Of a stretch of DNA of 64,000 nt, positions 53,501-64,000 are shown piece by piece. The notes beneath the pieces were generated by a model. That model was not told the DNA's origin. It worked only from the letters and a program-made list of their open reading frames with translations, and made no database searches. Origin of the DNA: Raillietiella orientalis (lineage: Eukaryota). The stretch covers positions 62,001 to 126,000 of the forward strand of contig JAYWIR010000014.1 in assembly GCA_036172245.1 (NCBI GenBank), written 5' to 3'. Positions within the stretch are counted from its first letter, which is position 1. Every line of letters begins with the position of its first letter. Both the position numbers and the translations under genes were made by a program.

Positions 53501-53533
53501 TCGTTGTTGAATCTTTTCTGCAATTGGTGTCAT
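50517..53533 (-). CDS. Dlic: Cytoplasmic dynein 1 light intermediate chain
   Basis: Ten exons: 53533-53472, 53036-52963, 52913-52797, 52246-52016, 51968-51802, 51762-51533, 51492-51381, 51336-51118, 50778-50646 and 50599-50517. Motifs: ENIWASILEEV, P-loop-like [46 protein letters not shown] and the adaptor-binding helix [15 protein letters not shown]. Confidence 0.97.
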
Positions 53534-56500
53534 ATTAATGCTACTTAGAAGAATGCTGTCGTATTTAATTAAACGCAGACCTTTAAGTAATATTTAAATT
53601 TACATTATAAAAGAACATGGAAGAAAATTTTAAGATTCCTTTGCACTCAAAGCATCTGAAAAGCATTGCACTGATAACATTAACTTGCCTTACACTCTTT
53701 ACTTCATCATTCTACAACTGGAACAATCAACTCAAACTTTTATGGTACCTGGTGTAAATACAACTCCATTATTCACATATCGCAAGATTGACATTGAATG
53801 AAGAAAAAGTCATTCTTTTGTACAGTACTAGGGGAAACCAGTCCTCACGTAAATCGGATTCAAATTGTAACATATATACATGCATTAACAAAAAAAAATT
53901 AAAATCATACTTTTTTTCGAATTCATGGTAACCAAAGCTTCCTTAGACAATGTATTATCACTGTATTGGAAAGTTTAGCGCTCCAATTTCATGTCTGACA
54001 AATAATTGGAAAACTGTATGCGATAATCAAAGCATACAAAAAAATACAAAGAATATGTAATATTCACAACGAATATGTGATTACATTTCACAGAAAATAT
54101 GCAATTACAAGTTTACTAGGCAAATGGTATGCTATAGTGTTGTTTGAGGCTTTATGAGTTTTTGTAAAAATGGCATTTGAAGTACCGTTATTACTATTAC
54201 AATAATTGTGCACAGTAGCATTCATTCTAATTTGTTATACAACGTTACAGAAAGTGTATACAAGCAGTTGCTATTCTATAATTAAACCTTTGTGTTTTAA
54301 TATAATTGTAAACGTTTAATGGTCTTCATTTTCTCAAGCTTCTATAAGTAACAACAAATTTGAGAAGACTGCAGCTATTTGCAAGTAGGCAATAGATTAA
54401 TGGTAATGCATCCATGAATGTATTACCTACTCGTACCGTAAGCACAAATTGCATTTGTGTATGTCCATCCATAACACGTACACATAATATAAATTAAAAA
54501 AAAAGACTTGAAGACGAAATAAAAGCACAAAATTACGATCGACAAATAAAAAAGTTCATCATATAAAGACAGTAGTTGGACAGCTTCAGTATTCGATGCT
54601 TGTTTGAATTCCTGCATTAAGTTATTGTAAACGAAACCAGGAAAATAAAAGTCTGTCTTGTCAATCACAAATACCTACTAGAAACAAACTTGATAATTTC
54701 CCCTATCATTTTCCCGAAAGGAGGCTGAAACAACATTTATTTTTATGTAAAAATCATTTTGAAGGCTTCATTTTACACGCTTTCACTGTATACAAATACA
54801 AATTTTATTTTGGCTGCATTAAATCAACAATATGCATATCATTTATTGCATCAAACTGCTCAGAGATGAAAAACCAATTCTGCGTTTGTCGTCACAGATG
54901 TAAAGACCTCCATTTTTGTTCTTGTTAATCCAAAATGTTTATAAGGAAACTTTCTGTCAACTCAATATATTATTTGTTATACTGCAGCACTATTTTATGT
55001 TTCAGATTTTCCACTTACGATCAGGTCTCGGATTGATTGCTGAATATGTCTCATGATTACTGAAGAAAATGTTTCACTTACGTGTGCTTTAAACATCGAA
55101 AAAAATGCAAATACAGCATTCGTTGAAGTGGTAATGAAGGTTTATAGGAAAATCTAATTCTTACAGTATTCCTGATTTTCAGCAAGAAAGCATATTCTCG
55201 TATGTGTTAGTGAAAGTTACTTCCTGACAGCACTTAATTTTTCTATAAAGAAAAACAAAGTTCTGGAGCTTACAGGAAAAAGCAGACAGTTATTTTGGGT
55301 GGCCTGCTTTTATGTGCCGGGATGTTTCTTTCACCTTATGACACGTTATTATGAACACGAGAAGAAAACATTTCAAGGTCGATAGAAACGTATATGTGTG
55401 CTGCAAAACCGAAGCAAACTATTAAGCACACTGAAACACTCGAATAATTGCAGCGAACCTACACGAATGGTGAAAACAATTCAGAGATTAGAGTTGTTGA
55501 TACGATAAGAGAATTGGATTCTTAAAAAATACCCTCAGTTTTCAGAACAAGAGAAAATTTGAGGAAGGGAGAGGGAGGGGATGCGTTAACCGTGCTCGCA
55601 AATTAGGAGTACAAAATTGCAGGAATGTTTTGACTATGGACTAATCAGTGACTGTTGCACTAGCTCAATGAAAAATGGTTCAAAACAGACTAATGCCAGT
55701 AATTTCATGAGGAACATTTACAAAATCACTACGGAGCACTGATGAATCTCTAAGACTTATGTGCTATCTTAGCAATAAATGAGAAATATCGGAAAGAAGT
55801 GTATTCTAAAGATATAAGTTGATATAACCTAAAAATTAAATCTGGTATCTTGATTTGTGCCTCAAACAGATGCACGCTGGCAGAGAATGTGGTAAAGAAA
55901 CATTGCTTTAAACATGCTTTGAAAATTCTGTAATACTTCAAATGAATTTGATTTCTACGAGCTCTGTGCTCTGTGCTTATAACGCGCAAGACTCGTGGTC
56001 TAATGTTCTCTTTTGTTTTTAGATTTCTCTCTTTTGTAAAGCTTCAAAATGTTTGCATAAACGAAGAGCAGGCTCAAACAGAGATATATAGCAATCCAAT
56101 TTACGAGTAACCAAACAAATGAACCTAATAAATAGTATTCTAAACGGATAGGTTTGAGTTCAGACTGAACGAGCATAACGAAGATACCTCAGTTCACGAT
56201 ATCATAGGATACTCCGAATATACTCAAAAGTGCAAAACTGTTAAACAAATGTCACTATATTGAATATAATTTACGAGCATGTGCTGTCAATTGTTCAAAG
56301 ACTTGAAACTGAAGTTCCGAGAAAGAAGAGTATCAATTGATCATTAATCATTCCGTTATAGTCTGCGTTCAATTAAAACATTGCAATAAACTGGGTTGCT
56401 ACAGGAAAAAATCATGAGAGTAATTATGCTTCATAATTACTCTTGACATTGCCACACACACAAGAAAAAAACAAATGAAAACTTATGAAGATTTGATAGA

Positions 56501-57119
56501 TACAAGTCGTATCTTGATTCTTCGGTGAAGCTTTAAAAACTGGGTTTCAATTTCCTGAGAATATAGCCAAAATCTGGTTCCTTAGTAGCACATCATGAAA
56601 TCTGCAGAGTAAACAACCAACGATTTCTGATCCTCAGACCAATCAAAATATGACGTCATATATTAATCTAAGAAACTGAATAGCATTATCAGCGTATCAC
56701 TGGGCGTTAAAAACTGATTGAAAGAGCGTTTGTGAAAATGACAGTTTTACTTGCTTCACATATTTTTATAGACAAAAACTAAACTTTAGTTGGTAAAATT
56801 GACCCAATTGGGAAAACAGTAAAAAAAAAAGTGACCCATGTTTCCTCATCTGAATCATCTTATTTGCACGAAAATTACAATGATCTAGTCTTTGTAAGTA
56901 AATTCGTGCATATGAGACTCAAATAATTACATAGGGAGAGATGAATAACCGAAAAACATTTGAAAAAGTCAAAAGGGATACAAGAACCTAGATTAGCTTA
57001 ATACATTAGGTTAAATATCAAGAGAAAATTGACAACGGAATTCCATAAACAAATGAATTAATATCTCAAGAGGATTAAAAGTTTGGTGGTGAGATCCAAA
57101 CTTAGGGAGAAGTTGCTAA

Positions 57120-57300
57120 ATTACAATAATATATATATTTATATATAGATTAATATGCAAATTTATTTGAACACACATATTCATAAATATTTATCAATAT
57201 GATTACTTATTAAGATAAGTACTAATATGTATTATTACATGTTATTAATGGATATATGGAAGATTATTAAAAATATATGGCTATTATATTTATTTGCAAA
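57120..57300. repeat. Short copy of the AT-rich repeat family
   Basis: TATAGATTAATATGCAAATTTATTTGAACACACATAT resembles 39060-39097 and 12546-12567. Confidence 0.6.
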
Positions 57301-57389
57301 GTCATGACAAAGATATTTAATGGACATACTTTCTCATACTCTTTCGAAATGCCGACATTCGGGCTTTGGAAACACGGTGCTATTGAAGA

Positions 57390-57740
57390 ATGCAGCAGCA
57401 ACATCCTTCACGATCACACTTCGCCGAAATTCTGAAGAAAAAAAAAAGACACTGCACGAAATATTATAGAAGAAAATTTTGCCTGAGGAACAGTCCTCAG
57501 CCCACAAGGAACGAAACGAGACGAACCAGGAACTGGTCGAGGAAGGAAACCTGGAAGATCTTGTGGAGACGCGTTACAAATCCTGGGAGAGAGACGAGAC
57601 ACACGGAGCCACCTGAGCCACCTTGCGGCATTCTGGTCGCCATACAACACAAGATCCACCATAGGATGCAACAAGCGGACTCACACTGTCAAAAGGCATG
57701 GGTCCTCATCCGGTCACGGCGGGGCGTTGGTTGCAAATAG
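57390..57740 (+). mobile_element. Probable second degenerate LINE ORF2 3' remnant (zf-RVT-like)
   Basis: TKYYRRKF...WSRKETWKILWRRVTNP...PCGILVA...HCQKAW parallels the IWRR..P...GGILSG segment of the remnant at 42.1 kb and the general zf-RVT pattern. The CxxC is missing. Confidence 0.4.
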
Positions 57741-57899
57741 ACCTACTGGGAGCTGCATTTCCGAAGGGAACGACCAGAAGAAGATCGAGGAGAGAGGGTC
57801 ATCGATACGCGGACCGGTTACTGAGGCATTCCAGAGCAGGAGGGAAACGACCAATAAGACAATGAAAAAAGGGAAGACCGAAGGCTTGGGTCCTTGCTT

Positions 57900-60800
57900 C
57901 TAACCGTCCCCTTCTTCTTCGAACCGGAGCAGAATGCCGGCGACCTGCCTTCTGACTTAGGAACGAGGTCACCTTGACACAGACCTCATGCAGGCAGCTG
58001 CTCCGCGGTGACCGAAGGTCCTACAAGCAACAGGCGTTCCCGATGGAGCAGACGAGAAAGTCCTTTGCGAGCGAAGAATCGTGGCGGAAATCTGAGGAGT
58101 GCTGAAACCATTCTTTGCTACAGTTCCCGGAAGACACCGCAGTCTCACGACAAGTGCGGAAACCAAGCGCTACCTGGAACGGTTTGCGCTGGCAGTTCCC
58201 TTGGTAACGAGGTACTAGTATTGGTTACACCGAAAACTTCAGTGTAAGGAATGCACCGCTCCGCGCCTCCAGTGCAGGGGGAGCACCGAAGAGTCCCAGC
58301 ACGCGGGGGGAATCACAAGCTGCTCGGAGGACACACTCCAAAGTTCCCTCAGAAGGAGTCCCTTGACCCGAGAACATGAGTGGCCAAGTTCGCCAAGCTC
58401 TCTCGTCTTCAGACCGCCGAGCAATTTCGTCGCTCCCGCAGCGCTGCAGAAGAATTTCCACAGCGTCTGTTGGCAACTGTCTTTGTTTCCCACCGTGATT
58501 CGCCGGGGATGGATCACAAAAGAGAAATATCCACAAGAAGCAGTCGCATTCGCCGTCTCTTTGTAGCTGGGCTAGATACCCGCCATAAATGAAGTGTAAA
58601 GCGCGGGAGGCATTTCCGTAAGGGAGCAGCTTGCCAGGAAAGAAAGATTTGAAATAAAAGGGATTTTCCTTTTATTCCAAATCACTGGTTTCTTTCTGGT
58701 CTGGTCCTGATCATTCTTTCCAGAATGCCGGAAAGATCCTCTTTTGGCTGCTGTGGTCCCGATGAAGGACATCAGGATCGGCAATGCATCCCGGGATTGT
58801 TAGTTTCTTTCGCTGCGATTGGTTTCCTGTTGCCAAGGCTCCACGGAAGCAGCACGAGGCTGCGATGCCACCACCGTAGAGAGGCGCCGAAGCATGCGTT
58901 GACCTCAGGATGGCCTGAGCTGTGGCAGAGAACGTGACAGCTAGAGGGGACCACATGGTCCGGTCCTGTAGCACTGGGCAAAGGGGGTCGTAGGGAACGA
59001 AATTGCTCTTGGTGCCCTTCCAGGGCCGCAACCCAGGTGTCCCACGCCTCCTGTTGCCGCGCATTCCAGTCTTGTGGGGATACCAGAAGATCCGACGCTT
59101 CACCGAAGTGGGCCCTTCGACCACTCTGAAAGGCTTTTGGGTACCAAGAAGTGTTTTTTCCTTGCCTAAAGGCGGTCCATCCCTTGTTCTTCCTCGCGTG
59201 CAGTCCATAAAAGAGACAGCGCGATCCTGAGAGCGAAAGTGGTGACGTTGCAATTCGAGGGTCAGCGAACGGTCCAAAGTTGGCTCCTGGCTTGGTGTTC
59301 ACGATGAAAAGTGTGGTTGGGTCGCGGTCCGGACGAGCAGCCGCCCACCCAGTCGCGCGACGAGCAGCGCGGTCGCCTCGCCCAGAAACGATCGGGGATC
59401 CTCCGGATGGTAGAAACCAATCGCTGAGGCGCCGCCGCATCCTTCGATAGCCGCGCACCTTTTGCAGGGAATCCTATCCACCTTCCTTCTTGCGGCCGTG
59501 CCTCGTCCCTCTCTTCGGACCAGTCCAGCAGCGCCGCACTTCCTTGTCTGCCGCTGCTGACCGTCGTATGATGCCACCCGCTTGCATCCAACCCACCGGA
59601 AGGGACGTGCAGAGCATCGAGAAATCAAGTATGTCCGCTCCCTCGAAGCCACGGACATGTCCGCTCGCCTTGTTTCGACTGGCGCAAGTTGGGGATGCAG
59701 TCCCTTCTCAACCCCCTTCTGCACTCCCGACGGCGCCAGCGGATGCATCCGTTCAGCTCAAGTCAACAAGAATGAAGGGAAGACATAAGCGATGACGACC
59801 GCCGTCTTGTGGCCACACTTTTCTGGCGATCTCGGGAAAGAAGAGGAGCAGCACCTATCCTACGATACTGAATCCGTGATGTGCTCTCTCTCTGCCCGAG
59901 GCAACGGCCCGCCCAAACAAACCTCTTCGTGGCTGCCTTCCTGAAAGGAGGATGTTTGCGTCTTCGCCTTTCGCCCCTATTCATGGGAGGGTTTCGCTCG
60001 GTCTTCGCCGGAGGCGTGCGCACGCGGCGCGTGCTGCGTTCTTCACGCGTCCGCCGCGCGGCACATGCCGCACGAGCACATGCCGCAACATATGTTGCCT
60101 AGGAAGAAAAAAAAAGAAAAAAATCCAACAGGAAAAAAAAATTCAAATCATACGAAAAAGATAAAGTCGAAATGTTTTCCAAAAGCAGCCTTTTCTGCTG
60201 CTCACTGGGCGCAGCCGCGGTGATGGGGGCGTGTCCATGTAAGCAGGTGAGTGTGCGCGTGTGCGATTTCCCTTTTTAATACTTTTTTCCTTATGTTTTT
60301 TCTCCAAGGTTTCAAAGGCCGTTAGATGCGTGTGGGACCAAGCCCCGCTTCCGAGGACATGGTGAAGGCCAGCGTGCCGGAGGAGGCGGTGCAGATGCGG
60401 GACGCGCGCTCCGCACCACCATCTCCAACTGCAACGCCGAAACCCGGGACGCCCTGCCCGACCCCCCAGCCATCGACCACGATTGTATGGGTGAGTGTTG
60501 CGCGAGCCGCATTCCAGGACTCTCGTTCCCTTTTTTTTGTTCCGCAGGAATCCTCTGCATGGAGAAAAATTCGCGAGTAGTGCAACGGACTGCTGGAATG
60601 GCTGGGGGGGAGGCGTCCCCAGTTCGCGGATAAGCAAAATTCTCTGTACGTGTTCTTTCCGGGAAATAGGGATGGTGTTGGGAAACGTTTTTACGGATGA
60701 TGGGAGCAGGGGTAGGGCCGAGTAGTGGAGGCATCGACTGCACCCCGATCACTGCAGCTTTGGCTCTTCCTGCTCGATGAAGGTGCAGCCAGGACTCAGT
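57900..60800. other. GC- and CpG-rich block with plus-strand exon-like segments; unidentified gene or genes
   Basis: An abrupt GC increase with several pyrimidine-tract AG acceptors (about 58123, 58723, 59023, 60308, 60548) and donors (e.g. gtgagt at 60247 and 60491). No consistent frame or family resolved. Confidence 0.35.
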
Positions 60801-61678
60801 TAGGATTTATAATTTCCAAAGTTAGCACTCTTGAGCACCACATTCATCAATGACTGTACGTGTTAGTGTTTCTTATATTATTTGTTTATATCTGCAGATG
60901 AAATTCCAGAAACTTTGAAAGCAGAGTCCTTGCTGCATCGAACGCCCAAGGTTGCCGAGTAGACAATGGAGAAAGGGGAGATGGAACTCAGGAAAAGGGA
61001 ATGAATCCAGGCAAATCAGGGCAAAATCCACTAACTCACTCGAATTTGCGTTTTCTCGTCACAGATGGGGCATCGATTGGTGCTTGTTTTTATCTCACGA
61101 GTACGTGAGACGGGATACTCGACAATTTGAGTTGCTTACACTTGATGCATCACTACTTGGACAACACTCGTGTTACCACTTATTTCGTGCTTTATCATTA
61201 TCAAGAATCAATGATGAAAACGAACTACCAATTACCCATATTCCTCATTGTATTACAATGATCTATTCTGTTATTCACAGTACAAAATATATGAAAAACT
61301 TTCATTCTGTTTTTTGTAATATATAATGGATATGAATGTATTAATAATCAAATAATACAGCTATCATTAATCCCATGATCACGATTATTAACAGAGATAT
61401 CATTGTTCAACAATGCTTCGATTCTTCGTATGTTGTCTATATTGCAAATGTTTTTATTGATTACTGATTGTTTCTTGAACAAACACTCGCTCGAATGTTC
61501 CCAAATGTTTCCAAGATTCCAACAGTTTCCTCATCTTTAAGAAATGCACCTACGACCGATCCCGGATCGAAGCACTTTGAAACCATCACCCAACAATCAA
61601 GACCTCAGATGCAAGTGGCTTCGGATCATTCCATAGTTCAAACGAAAGGACATGGATGTCAAGGAAGCAGTAGCCACT

Positions 61679-63237
61679 CTAAGTTTTATTCTTTTTCCTC
61701 AAAATTTGCAGCTGGAAAACCAGAAATCCACTGGAAACGGCCAGGATAAGACACAGCCCGATCAGGGTCCAGAGTATCCACGATCTTGGCTTGTGGCATA
61801 TGGCAATGTCAATGTCTTCTTTCATATACGTCAGGAATGTGGGCAGCAGGTGGTTCCAGAAATCCATCCTGAAAAAGGAAACACATACGCACAACAAAAT
61901 GCTGGACACGAAACGAAGGAACGCTATCCTGGTGCTAATGGAACAATCACTTGCATCCAACGTTTGGATCTCATCTTCCACTACAAGAATGGAGGAAGCG
62001 CTAACTAATCCATGTTATCGATTATCTGTGACGTGATTGTAGTAGCTTTCTCGTCGCATTAGTCGGAGCGGTGAAGAAACTTTTCTTTAGAAACGACTCA
62101 CTTCTTCTCAAAGAAGTCTTCTTTCATCGACATGTTCTCCGCTAGCAGCATGTACGCTTTGCTTTTCGGTCCGTAAGGTGTCCACTGCACCAAATTTTGC
62201 GAGTTCCTCGGCGTCGGATTCCTAAAGATACCATACTCAGAACGTGTATTGTCTCAGTTGGTCAAGAAGTAGGCAGAAAAGTTGCTTTTTCTTTTCTTTG
62301 CGCGCTTTCGTAGCACGCGTACCACAAGAAGGAAAAATTGCGTTACTGCTTGACCTCTCCGCAGCGGCGGGTCAATGCGATTCCGGAAGAAAGCAACGTT
62401 GACACGTATTTGACACGAACTTTTGGACGCTTCGTTTTCCATCAACCTCAAATCCTCTCCTTAAGCATTGGCTCTTAATTTTAGGACAGCCGTCAAGACG
62501 ACAGGTAAGACTGCAGCCAGTCAAAGGCAATGATGCAACCGTACTCGATGCGGAGAGAAAACCAAACTGCCGTGCAACACCGGTCGAAAATAACAAATTA
62601 AGAAACTTTTCCATCGTCCTAGGCCAATAGTAACGATCTCCTCGTGGGGTTACTGGCCTGCTACTGGCCTTTTAAAAGAAACAAAAAACAAATTAAGGAA
62701 TCTTAGGAAATCTGAGTCGGGCAATCTTGCTCAATGTATCATGAGCGCGCGAGCAGATCTCGTTTCGAACATCAACATTTTTTTTCTTTTCCCTTTTGCA
62801 AATCTCAGTGTCAGGCATGCAACGCTCGATCTACAGGCAACCCATTACATAATTAATAGTTTCACGCTTTCGATGCAAGTCATGAGGACCGCGCGCGATT
62901 GCGTTCGGGATCCTTAGTTGGACTACGACCTCCATCTACCCATCCATTTGTTCACAGTCAATGAAGAAAATACTTTAAAAATTGACCTGAAACAAATGTT
63001 GCCTGCGATTCAAATTTATAAGCACGAGTAACTGTTACACAGTTCATTTTTCCCTTTTTTCTCTAATTGATTGTCGTTACCTCTTACTCACCCTGTGTTA
63101 ATAAAGTTGATAACCATCTCCATCAGAGTATCGCTGATTTTCTTGTCGTCCTCTGTCCGTAAGGAGTTTTCGTAGTTGAGGAAGGGTTCTCCCAAGATGT
63201 ACTGTATTTCGCTTTCGTGATAGGCTCCTGCAGCAAA
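61679..63237 (-). CDS. Carboxylesterase/cholinesterase-family (neuroligin-like) protein, last three exons, with C-terminal transmembrane helix
   Basis: Exons 63237 (or 63227)-63092, 62221-62102 and 61868-61679 give GAYHESEIQYILGEPF...DKKISDTLMEMVINFINTG|NPTPR...WTPY...YMLL...|KMDFWNHLLP...WILWTLIGLCLILAVSSGFLVF...RKKNKT*. This includes the triad-His motif, the NF..TGNP signature and the FW..LLP helix of type-B carboxylesterases. Upstream exons were not found in the window. Confidence 0.88.
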
Positions 63238-64000
63238 CTGGTTAGTCAAAATCAACGCTGATCAATAAGAAAAGAAACGAAAAAGCAACCGATCTTTTGA
63301 CATCAATCAATAACAAGCAGCACTTGCCGTGTGAGTGCACGTGTTGCATGTGCGCGATGCACGTATGTGCTAGTGTGCTTTCTTCCTCAATTTTCACAGT
63401 TTTCGCAAAGAATAAGCAATCGAGAACGCAAATCAAGATTTCTCGGAAACAGATGATCCAAACGGACATCTGCAAGCATTCACGTCGTTCGAATGCTGCT
63501 TTGTACTGTTTACACCAGAATATAATCCCCAAGGATGTGATGAACCGAATTAAACGGACTTCTCAGTCCTACAGACTGTTAAAGCTGTCAAACAGGAAAG
63601 AGACGGTAGGCATTTGTGAAGATGTGGCATTCTCGTAATTCGTGTCAAGACATGGTTCGTTTGTGCTTCCCTCGTTTTCTTTCGAATGTTGGACAAAAAG
63701 TTCCTTCCTCAGTGCGGTGCTTGTTACCCTGAAAATTGTGCAGATGGACAGAGGAATCGAGCGAGTGGAGCAAAAATACCGAGTTTCAATCTCTTGCTAC
63801 CTCTCTTCCTTTTGAATTCACAAGAACCGTTCTCATCTTGCAGGAATCTCCTTATAGCTTTGACAAAAGTTAAACCATCATGGGGTAGAAATCTCTACTT
63901 CAAAAGATTTAGAAAGGAAAGAACCCTGACTTTCCTCTCTAAATCTTTTGAAGTAGAGATTGGAAGGAAGTGAATGATACAGCTCCAGAGAGACTTTTGA

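Overview
Eukaryotic, intron-containing DNA, most likely from an arthropod. The RXR-type rather than dipteran USP-type receptor suggests a crustacean or other non-dipteran lineage (inference). Six conserved genes could be spliced together by hand: RXR/USP (minus, cut by the left edge), a sigma-class GST (plus), IFRD1 (minus), TMEM14 (minus), dynein-1 light intermediate chain (minus) and the 3' end of a membrane-anchored carboxylesterase/neuroligin-family gene (minus, upstream exons not found). Many introns are only 39-53 nt. Between these genes lie two apparently identical 811-bp GC-rich elements in inverted orientation (28052-28862 and 45056-45866) bracketing about 16 kb. That interval holds a large, unidentified, GC-rich multi-exon gene with a coiled coil, an AT-rich inverted-repeat-bounded element and a LINE remnant. 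A spliceable antisense gene appears to sit inside or interleave with the GST, and decayed copies of an unidentified coding family are scattered through the window. I found no rRNA, tRNA or CRISPR array. All exon calls are manual, with no database searches.
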